Source of the DNA: a virus
Taxonomy: Duplodnaviria; Caudoviricetes
Strand: one strand, 5' to 3'
IMG/VR virus record: IMGVR_UViG_3300025018_000093
Length of the DNA stretch: 64,000 nt
In this document: one piece after another, positions 47,987-55,873 of the stretch
Layout: every line of letters begins with the position of its first letter
How positions within the stretch are numbered: the first letter of the stretch is position 1
Notes under the pieces: generated by a model
Databases searched by the model: none
What the model was told of the DNA's origin: nothing
The model's input: the letters and a program-made list of their open reading frames with translations, nothing else
Program-made: the position numbers and the translations under genes

Positions 47987-49186
47987 ATGAGTGGAACTCC
48001 ACATGGTAGGCATTCAATCTATTTACCTCCGTCTCCGCTATCAACTGAGGATGCGGCGAAAACCCACTTTGTGGCGATTATCAAAGCACTTGATGCGATT
48101 GCAGCGTCTGGTAATTGCGCGCGGATTGCCTCGTTTTACGGTTCCGGAGGGACTGGATTTGAGTATCCCGATTCCGGCCTGGGATCTCCAGGCAACACCG
48201 CCTTTGTCGTGTACCGATGGGGTACATCAACTGGGAAACCCTTTTCGTGGTACTTATTGGTCCAGTATGCCTACGGGTCAACCTTCAATACGGCAGGGAA
48301 CGGTCAACCTGCTCTGTACCAGGGCGGAAATGGAATAACTAGCGCCTGCTGTGTAGGCTTTTCTGTAGCAGTTGCGTTTGATCAGTTTGGAACCTCCGTA
48401 AGCCCCTGGAAGGGAACTGTACTGGATGACGGGACGGATACAAAAGCCAACCCTGTTTGGGACGTGCCAACAGGTCATCTTGATGAGCGGCTGAGTGTCT
48501 GGCCAAGATCCAATAATCCTGGAGGGTCTCATGCTACCGCACGACAGAACCTGACAACCTTCTATCAAGCTACATCAACTACGCTGAATAGCGTAGAGAC
48601 GTTGCTTTTTCTGGTAGCCGACGCAGACAGTATGTTTATCACGTCGGACGTTTACTGTAATGGCACTATTGATACGATTGCTTTCGTCACCCCGATCTCT
48701 GTGATTGCTGAGCTGGAGGCACCCTCACAGGCTTCATTGTACGCTATGGGTTCAAACACTCCGTATAACTTGTTGAATGCTGCGATGCCTAATGCTACGG
48801 CTGGTACAGGCGATCCCAATGGGGGCGTTTTCTCTCCTCTACTTGAGTACCCTGTAGCAGGGATTGTCTACACGAGATCGCCGGACACGAGTAACGTGAG
48901 TCCTTACCAGCCAACGAAACAAGCGGAGACCCGAAAGAATATCCTGTTTCCGTTTGCTGTGTACGCTGACGAGACTCCAAACAAGGGTTTTGTGGGCTAT
49001 GCCTGGCCGTTCATCCAGTATTCCCAGCTTGTTCCCGCGTATGCTACGCTGGACAACAAGCTGAAAGTGTCTTTGTCAACAGGACTAAGTCGCACAGGGG
49101 GCGGGATGCTTAACTTCATAGTTCCGTGGGATGGTGTGACGGCAGATCCTTCGTCCGGTCGTACACGTGAAGGTGTGACGTTTTAG
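47987..49186 (+). CDS. Virion protein, paralog 2 of 3
   Basis: MSGTPHG start, PWKGTVLDDGTDTK, WDGVTADP. Confidence 0.75.
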   Translation: MSGTPHGRHSIYLPPSPLSTEDAAKTHFVAIIKALDAIAASGNCARIASFYGSGGTGFEYPDSGLGSPGNTAFVVYRWGTSTGKPFSWYLLVQYAYGSTFNTAGNGQPALYQGGNGITSACCVGFSVAVAFDQFGTSVSPWKGTVLDDGTDTKANPVWDVPTGHLDERLSVWPRSNNPGGSHATARQNLTTFYQATSTTLNSVETLLFLVADADSMFITSDVYCNGTIDTIAFVTPISVIAELEAPSQASLYAMGSNTPYNLLNAAMPNATAGTGDPNGGVFSPLLEYPVAGIVYTRSPDTSNVSPYQPTKQAETRKNILFPFAVYADETPNKGFVGYAWPFIQYSQLVPAYATLDNKLKVSLSTGLSRTGGGMLNFIVPWDGVTADPSSGRTREGVTF

Positions 49187-49195
49187 GGGGAGCGG

Positions 49196-50344
49196 ATGGC
49201 CGGTACACCACATGGAATAATCTCGATAGCCTCTGGGGGCTCAAGTAACCCCTTCGCAGATATCGTGATGGCTCTTGACTACCTAGAGTCCACGTATGGG
49301 ACCTGCGAGCGCATCGCGAGCTACTATGGCCAAGACAGTTCCATTCCGACTAATTATGGAACGGGGCTAGGTCGCGGACAGTTCCTGCAGCGTGCCTTCG
49401 TCGTTTACAAGTTTCCGGCGAACTCGGGGAGACTTTACGACTGGTATCTGCTGATGCAGGTTTCGTGGGGCAACCTCACGTTTGACCTCAGCAACAACTT
49501 GATCAATGGAAATAGCAATGCCACTACGGGATTGGCGTTAGGCTTTCAGGTAGCGATTGCCCTGGATAGTGCCGGCAACACCGTGAACCCTTGGCAGGGT
49601 ACCGTGTTGAATGATGGGACAGATACGAAGCCCACAGTTGGATGGGATGCTCCGGTAGGTGGAAAGCTTTTTGTCTGGGGCAGATCCAACTCTCCGCTAG
49701 ATGGCACCTACGCAACCAATCGAAACAATACGATAGGGGTGCGTGACGCAACGAGTGTGTCAGACTTGGCACGGCGGATACACGTCATTGCAGATGATGA
49801 CTGTCTTGCGATCTATCACCAGAACGAAACCAGTTCGAAGCACATTTACTATTTCATTGCCTCCCCGGTGATTCCCGTCACGAACCTCACATTTGATGTG
49901 CCGTTCGCAGTGCTTTGTCGCACAGCAGTTGTGAACAGTTCCCTCTGGGGTACTTTTCCTAGTGCAGTGAATGAAAACTCCACAACGAACGGCGGCGTCA
50001 ACGCTCCGATCCCTGGAAACGTGGTGTCGGCGCATGGTGACTACGCCAGATTGTTGGGGGACGAGTCGGACACCTTCCAGCCGAACAACCAATTTGCTTC
50101 GACCACCTACACAGAGACACCCGTGTTCCTGTACGCGGAGGAAAACCCCTACAAGGGGCTAATCGGGCAGCTTGATCCTTTTGTTCGCAAGACCTTTCGG
50201 GTGACCTACAACTCGACTTTGAACTCGATGACTCGCGTTGCGTTGGGGTTCGATTCAACCACCTACAAGATGCGCATGACTCTGCCCTGGGATGGTGTGA
50301 CCACCGATCCTTTGTCTGGTGGAGCCACCGGAATCCAGTTCTAG
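49196..50344 (+). CDS. Virion protein, paralog 3 of 3
   Basis: MAGTPHG start, PWQGTVLNDGTDTK, WDGVTTDP. Confidence 0.75.
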   Translation: MAGTPHGIISIASGGSSNPFADIVMALDYLESTYGTCERIASYYGQDSSIPTNYGTGLGRGQFLQRAFVVYKFPANSGRLYDWYLLMQVSWGNLTFDLSNNLINGNSNATTGLALGFQVAIALDSAGNTVNPWQGTVLNDGTDTKPTVGWDAPVGGKLFVWGRSNSPLDGTYATNRNNTIGVRDATSVSDLARRIHVIADDDCLAIYHQNETSSKHIYYFIASPVIPVTNLTFDVPFAVLCRTAVVNSSLWGTFPSAVNENSTTNGGVNAPIPGNVVSAHGDYARLLGDESDTFQPNNQFASTTYTETPVFLYAEENPYKGLIGQLDPFVRKTFRVTYNSTLNSMTRVALGFDSTTYKMRMTLPWDGVTTDPLSGGATGIQF

Positions 50345-50353
50345 GAGTGTCCC

Positions 50354-50623
50354 ATGGCAGATTTCGGGGCGGTGTTTTTGGCGGAGCAGCCCGTAGCTTT
50401 GGAACCGAGCTTGGAGTTGTCGGTAGACTTTGCTTTGGGAACTCCTAGTGGTGGAATCCCCTCCATACGTTACTACTATATGCGTGCCTGGAATACGAAC
50501 TTGAGCGCCTACGTGCATTGGCGCGTCCCTGACGAGCCAGACTTTGTGGGCACGTATAGCGGGTATCCGACAGGGGACATTCAAGACGCAACTGTGCTGA
50601 TGTTCGAGATGTCAGACCAGTAA
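50354..50623 (+). CDS. Small hypothetical protein
   Basis: AGGAG RBS; YYYMRAWNT...HWR motif. Confidence 0.55.
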   Translation: MADFGAVFLAEQPVALEPSLELSVDFALGTPSGGIPSIRYYYMRAWNTNLSAYVHWRVPDEPDFVGTYSGYPTGDIQDATVLMFEMSDQ

Positions 50624-50680
50624 CTTCAACAGCAACCTGCCATATGAGGGAAAGTCCTGTGTTCCTTCTGGGAGATTGAG

Positions 50681-51046
50681 ATGGCATCGCGTCAGCAGCA
50701 GCAACAACTTTTGTCACTAGTGACTCAGATTCTTCAAGATAGCGCGGAGGATGGCAGGAAGGAGGAAATGGTCTTTGGGAAAGCTCTGGAAGACCTTATC
50801 CTCACAGCTAGTGCGGAGGCTGTCACGGCGAGTCGCTTTTTGGACCTGCTCATTACAGCTCTGAGCCGAGACGATTCGCACTCTCTGGATAACGCGGTGA
50901 AAGCTCTCAAGGGGTCCTTGCTTGCGTTATCCCGCGTGGCGGAGAACGTGGGGCGCTTCTACGGGAACCCGAACCAACGTCTTCGTGTTCGTGCGGCCTC
51001 TGCGGAGAGAGTCGCGCAGAGGTACCTGGAAGGGAAAGACGAGTGA
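50681..51046 (+). CDS. Hypothetical helical protein ending in AERVAQRYL
   Basis: 121-aa ORF. Confidence 0.6.
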   Translation: MASRQQQQQLLSLVTQILQDSAEDGRKEEMVFGKALEDLILTASAEAVTASRFLDLLITALSRDDSHSLDNAVKALKGSLLALSRVAENVGRFYGNPNQRLRVRAASAERVAQRYLEGKDE

Positions 51047-51129
51047 GGACTCCAGGGTTTTGGTATACCTTTGATTGTTTTGCTTAGGTAGGGGGCAGGT
51101 TGCCTGAGAATGTATGACTGAGGTTTCCC

Positions 51130-51621
51130 ATGACAGCCAATGGTTTTGACTTATCTCAATGTGTGCTTCACCATGAACGCATTGTTGAGTTGCGAAAGGA
51201 CGTCCAGGAGCTACAACAACATCTTTCCTGCAAGGCTCTGGGGGAGGATGTTCGTGGGATCAACCAACGTCTTGACAAGTTTGCCTCTGGGATGCTGGAA
51301 AAGATGAAGGGGGACACACAACTTGCGGCACGTGTGGACCACCACCATGAGTTGCTGTTGTTCCTGGATGAGGTTCTCATCCGAGGGACCTCCAATAGCT
51401 CTTCCATAAAGGCTGTTGTGGAGAACCTTCGTCAGGAGGTTGGTCAGCTTTCGGATTTCTACCGGCAACTGGATAGTTTCGTTTCCGACTTGAAGCGGGA
51501 GAGAGTAGCCATAGACGTGGCTCGGATACATGCTACGTCGTCCAATTGGAAAACGATTGCGATTCTTCTGGGGACCTTTCTCACAGCGCTTGCCAGTCTT
51601 TTTGTCGCTCTTCTTACATGA
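51130..51621 (+). CDS. Coiled-coil protein with C-terminal transmembrane helix (holin/XhlA-like layout)
   Basis: Ends WKTIAILLGTFLTALASLFVALLT. Confidence 0.5.
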   Translation: MTANGFDLSQCVLHHERIVELRKDVQELQQHLSCKALGEDVRGINQRLDKFASGMLEKMKGDTQLAARVDHHHELLLFLDEVLIRGTSNSSSIKAVVENLRQEVGQLSDFYRQLDSFVSDLKRERVAIDVARIHATSSNWKTIAILLGTFLTALASLFVALLT

Positions 51622-51628
51622 GGACAAC

Positions 51629-51865
51629 ATGCTTGATCAAAGTCCTTTGCAGACCTTGATGACCTTAGTTGAGGCCGTCATCTCCGATGGGAAGCGGGTG
51701 ATGAGTTACACCGAGCTTCAAAACCGGCTCACGGCTCTGGGGATGGAGATTGAGGAGGGGAAGAGTCCGGAGGAAGCCTACAAACAAGCAGAGCTTCACT
51801 TCAAACGGTCGCAATCCCCCTCTCCGGAAGCCACACTGGTTCCTGTAGGGGAAAAAGCGAAGTAG
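51629..51865 (+). CDS. Small hypothetical protein
   Basis: GAGGA RBS; 78 aa. Confidence 0.5.
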   Translation: MLDQSPLQTLMTLVEAVISDGKRVMSYTELQNRLTALGMEIEEGKSPEEAYKQAELHFKRSQSPSPEATLVPVGEKAK

Positions 51866-51982
51866 CTGGGCAACTACCTATCTGTCTTTGGTAGAACATA
51901 GCTGGACAGGTCTCCTGGGAGGCGTCACGCTTTCTGGGAGGCTTTCACGCCTCCAGAGAGGCTACAGAAAAGGGTCACCAGT

Positions 51983-52324
51983 ATGACAGAGGAAAGCAGC
52001 AAGGTGGTTGGGCAGGTTGATGCGGCGGAGATGCAGTCTATCAACTCTCTGCAGACACGAGAGCAGGAGTTGACGTATCGTGTCGGTCAATTGTTCCGGG
52101 AAGCTCTCTCCGTTGCCATGCAGGCGGGTGAGGCTCATCATGGATTGCAGCGAGTGATGCAGGGGCTTCGCCAGCGCATGAGCATTCCCGACGACAGTCT
52201 GTTCCGCATTTCCTATGACGGAAACATTCATCTTGTGGCGCCTCCAGCCCCCGAGGGTGGTGCTACACCGGAAGCGGAGGCACCCATCGTGAAGACGAAG
52301 GAAGACGCCTCAGAAGAGGAATGA
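51983..52324 (+). CDS. Small coiled-coil protein
   Basis: 113 aa helical ORF with acidic tail. Confidence 0.55.
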   Translation: MTEESSKVVGQVDAAEMQSINSLQTREQELTYRVGQLFREALSVAMQAGEAHHGLQRVMQGLRQRMSIPDDSLFRISYDGNIHLVAPPAPEGGATPEAEAPIVKTKEDASEEE

Positions 52325-53929
52325 GTGACTATCGGTTGGGACCCACAGTCTTTTCCTGCCGGGGACTTCCCCATGCCTCCCTTCAACGGGGAAGTGGTGA
52401 GTCCTCTTTTCCAGGGCACGTTAGACATTCGCTGGGACAACCCAGCCATCCTGTCTGCAAACACCCCATGGCAGGTTGTGGGGGTCAACCTCTATCGCTC
52501 CGATGTGGGGGAGCGGGGTCCCTATCACCGGATCAACGAGTACCCCTTGGGGGGTTCGTTTTACCGGGACTTCACGGATAACCTCCTGGTGAGTCAGGAG
52601 GTTATCCGCTGGGGCCAAGATTGGATCTATCAGGGGAATGGGCCGAACCATCGGCACTATCGATTTCGTACGCAGTGCCCCATCGTGAAGTCTGGAAACC
52701 GAGTCTTACCGCTCCCCACTGGGGTAGATCCTGTTTCCAACTCCGGGGTAGGGTGTCCAACCTTCGTCCCTGGGGCGGTCACTTCTGCGATGAGTGGTCC
52801 TTTTCCTTTCGTCTACGCAAATGCTCCAGAAGACGTGGTCGTGTCCATAGATGGGCAGGTTGTCCCCGTGGATTCCGTGTTTGGGTTAGCGGGAGAGGTG
52901 ACGCTGATTGACCAGCCTTACTTCGATTCGGTGGCGCAGAGTCTCATCCCACCTGTGCTGCCATCTGCAGACTCCCAGGTCTGGGTCACGTACAGGACGA
53001 ATCGTAACGTTGTCCGATACGAGCTAGACCGCAAGATTTTCTACAGGTTGACGACAGTCGCGGTGGCCAATGACCCGGAGGTCCCCGGTGGCCTGGTTGA
53101 GACCCCTCTCAAGTACGCCCAACCACTCACGCCGATCAAAGTAGAGTCCTTGGATTGGGTGTGGCGGGAAGCCGTGCGGAGGAACAATTGGGTCCTGGAG
53201 CAGGGTGGAGAGAGAGTCAAGGCGTTCGTTCGCAAGACGGCTGGAGTTCCCTGCCACTGCATCTGGGATGCACGGAAGAGATCCTATACAGGGCAGCCCC
53301 GGAACAGGTGTTTGACCTGCTACGGGAGTGGATTTGAGGGTGGTTACGAGGGTCCTTATGAGATCATCATTGCTCCAGATGATGCAGAGAGACGGATTTC
53401 TCAGACACTGCGTGGACGTAACCTCGACCACACCTATGAGGTATGGACAGGACCCACACCGCTATTGACGATGCGAGACTTCGTGGTCAAGCAAACCAAT
53501 GAGCGCTACAGCATTGGCCCTGTCCGAAAACCCTCCAGTCGTGGGAACATCCTGCAACAGCATTTCAACATCAAGTATCTTGACGAGGGGGACATTCGCT
53601 ATCGTGTTCCCGTGGACAATCTCTCGGGGATGCCTTGGCCGGGGAGTCGCACCACAGTGGATCCCGGAGAGGAGAAGCTGGTCTACCCCGTGGCCGAGTA
53701 TGGACCCATGCACCAGCTCACACCCAGTGAGCATAGTCCGCAGGAGTACCCTGTCGAGCCCGATCCCCACCAGGCCACTCCAATGGCCACGGAGAAGGAT
53801 AACATCGGTGATTCCAGGGAGCATCGCGGTCGCACGAAAACTTGGGAGAATCAGAACTATCTTTGGTGGTTGGCTCCCTTTGTGCTGGGGTTACTCCGTT
53901 GGGTGGAGGTGATGTCCAATGGAATCTAA
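52325..53929 (+). CDS. Neck/head-closure protein with FnIII-like N-terminus and Zn-binding insert (putative)
   Basis: LDIRWDNP...GVNLYRS; CHC...RCLTCYGSGFEGGY; RDFVV...NERYSI; neck-module context. Confidence 0.6.
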   Translation: MTIGWDPQSFPAGDFPMPPFNGEVVSPLFQGTLDIRWDNPAILSANTPWQVVGVNLYRSDVGERGPYHRINEYPLGGSFYRDFTDNLLVSQEVIRWGQDWIYQGNGPNHRHYRFRTQCPIVKSGNRVLPLPTGVDPVSNSGVGCPTFVPGAVTSAMSGPFPFVYANAPEDVVVSIDGQVVPVDSVFGLAGEVTLIDQPYFDSVAQSLIPPVLPSADSQVWVTYRTNRNVVRYELDRKIFYRLTTVAVANDPEVPGGLVETPLKYAQPLTPIKVESLDWVWREAVRRNNWVLEQGGERVKAFVRKTAGVPCHCIWDARKRSYTGQPRNRCLTCYGSGFEGGYEGPYEIIIAPDDAERRISQTLRGRNLDHTYEVWTGPTPLLTMRDFVVKQTNERYSIGPVRKPSSRGNILQQHFNIKYLDEGDIRYRVPVDNLSGMPWPGSRTTVDPGEEKLVYPVAEYGPMHQLTPSEHSPQEYPVEPDPHQATPMATEKDNIGDSREHRGRTKTWENQNYLWWLAPFVLGLLRWVEVMSNGI

Positions 53930-54368
53930 GACCGCCATCAAACGAATGCAGGCGCCTGCTTTCCGAAGAAAGGGGAGACAGTATGTCATCCACGAGATAG
54001 CGGGGGTTCCGAAGGATAAGTGGGATGAGATGCCCTTCCCTCAGAAGATCCAGTCCGTTCAGGATTACTACATCACGTTGACGAAGCGGCCCAAGCTCAC
54101 AAACGTGCTACGCAAGCACATGAATGCGATGAAGCGATGGTTCAATATCCAGAAGCGTAAGCACAAGCCCTGGCGCTCTCGCATCCAGAACTTCTTCGAC
54201 CATCGTGTCAAGCGCATTCGGGACAAGAAGGTTCTTCGAGACAAGAAGATGACTCGTGATGGAGGATTTGCTCACCAGGACGTGGCTATGTATCGTGCTC
54301 TGGTGCGGTTGGCCTATCAAAAACCGGAGCTACGGGGTAAGCTACTTCCCTTGATCCTGGGGGACTAA
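53919..54368 (+). CDS. Very basic protein with C-terminal RLAY tag
   Basis: K/R-rich; ends ALVRLAYQKPELRGKLLPLILGD*. Confidence 0.65.
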   Translation: MESKTAIKRMQAPAFRRKGRQYVIHEIAGVPKDKWDEMPFPQKIQSVQDYYITLTKRPKLTNVLRKHMNAMKRWFNIQKRKHKPWRSRIQNFFDHRVKRIRDKKVLRDKKMTRDGGFAHQDVAMYRALVRLAYQKPELRGKLLPLILGD

Positions 54369-54904
54369 TGGCAACGCTTCGGCCTTTCAAGCAAGTTTAC
54401 GGAAAGCCCTGGTCAAAGCTAGCGCAGGGCTTGGAACTCACTCCTGATATCCTCCTCCGTGTGGGCACTGTCATCGCAGAGGAGATTGGGAAGGAAGCTC
54501 GAAAGGATTACCTGAGAACGGGTCGCACTCCGAGGGGGGAGCCCATGGGCTTGCCCAACACCCCTCGGTTCTTCGATTCCTTCTCTGCGGAAGTCATTGG
54601 TGAAAGCACCATTGGTATTCGCACAACATGGCCTTGGGCAGAGCGTCATATTGAAGGACGGGATTCGTTCAAGATGTGGTGGCTCACGCAATCCCGTGGG
54701 GTCTACAAAGTTCCTATCGTGCAGCCAGACGGAAGCATTCTTCTTGTGGCAACCCCTCCGACGCTAGCAGAAGCGTGGGTACACCCTGGAGCCCTCAAGT
54801 TCAACTTTGTCTCCAGAGGGATCAAGAAAGGTCGCCCTTTGGCAGCCAAGATTCTCCTCGCGGAGCTGATGCGACAGCTGGCGAGCGGGGATCCTACGAA
54901 ATGA
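54368..54904 (+). CDS. Tail-completion/neck protein (HK97 gp10-like, putative)
   Basis: PWAERHIEGR...VWHPG-type pattern (WVHPG); context. Confidence 0.5.
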   Translation: MATLRPFKQVYGKPWSKLAQGLELTPDILLRVGTVIAEEIGKEARKDYLRTGRTPRGEPMGLPNTPRFFDSFSAEVIGESTIGIRTTWPWAERHIEGRDSFKMWWLTQSRGVYKVPIVQPDGSILLVATPPTLAEAWVHPGALKFNFVSRGIKKGRPLAAKILLAELMRQLASGDPTK

Positions 54905-55860
54905 TTGCAGCGCGGGTACTGTGTTTGTGTAGGCAAATGTGCCTTCCTGAGTTAGACTTGTCCTTGCGCCAGGGGGAGTTCGGGTGGGTCCCGGAAGAGG
55001 AAGCTCGCGCATCGGATGAGTTGAAGTGGTACGCACGCCGAGGTGCTCTCAAGGTAGAGTACCTGGAGAGGATTGTGGAAATGAGTGGATACCCTACGTG
55101 GCCCCGAGGAAACAAAGTGCTCCCACAGAGAGGACCGAACGCAGCCTCCTACCCCACAAACTCTGGGGAGGACGGTACGATGGTTGCGGAAATGCATCAG
55201 ACACTGCTGCATGAACTTCGTGTCCTCAACATGGCGCAAGCACAAGCACAAGCACAGTCACAAGCCGCTCTTCTGGCGGAGGTTCAGGCTCTTCGCATGG
55301 CGCAAGAGCGCTTGGCCTCCCGCCCCCTCCAGGTTACAGTGCCCGCACAGACCCCTGGGGAGGACACCGGGGAGGTAAAGCTCTTGCGAGGAATCCTGAG
55401 AGAGTTGGTTCCATTGCGGCAGGCTTGTGAGCAGGCGGTACATGTTATCAAGGGGTCTGCGTCTATCACAGACTCTGCCGTGCCTGTGAGCACCCACACC
55501 CAGCTACTGGAAGAGATCCAGGGTCTTCGACAGGTCTGTGAGATGTTGGCCACCGCCATACAGACCTTGTCGGCGCAGCAGAAAACACTGCCGGCTTCCA
55601 TGTTGGGGGCCGTGCAGGCTTTTGCCCTGTCGCGCCCCGTATCCGGGGACTTCGCAACGCGCCCCGTATCTGGGGATTCCCGTAAGAAGGACGTTGATGG
55701 GTGGAGTGCTGCGGACGACAACCCTGTGTTCATCCCCTCGGGTTTGGTGGATACCACGCAGGCTGTTTCGGTAGAGTCTGCACAGGATAGTGAGTCGGGG
55801 GACGTGGAAAACTCGGTTGCCCGGCTCCGAGCCTTGAAGTCGGGTAGCTCGCAAAGATGA
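54901..55860 (+). CDS. Coiled-coil protein upstream of the actin homolog
   Basis: Three LLxE(I/V)xxLR heptad segments; C-terminal VENSVARLRALK helix. Confidence 0.6.
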   Translation: MIAARVLCLCRQMCLPELDLSLRQGEFGWVPEEEARASDELKWYARRGALKVEYLERIVEMSGYPTWPRGNKVLPQRGPNAASYPTNSGEDGTMVAEMHQTLLHELRVLNMAQAQAQAQSQAALLAEVQALRMAQERLASRPLQVTVPAQTPGEDTGEVKLLRGILRELVPLRQACEQAVHVIKGSASITDSAVPVSTHTQLLEEIQGLRQVCEMLATAIQTLSAQQKTLPASMLGAVQAFALSRPVSGDFATRPVSGDSRKKDVDGWSAADDNPVFIPSGLVDTTQAVSVESAQDSESGDVENSVARLRALKSGSSQR

Positions 55861-55873
55861 GGAGCAGTAGTAG

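Noticed and set aside
51130-51621. Complete lysis cassette
   Set aside because: Only a single-TM coiled-coil protein; no endolysin or spanin recognised nearby.
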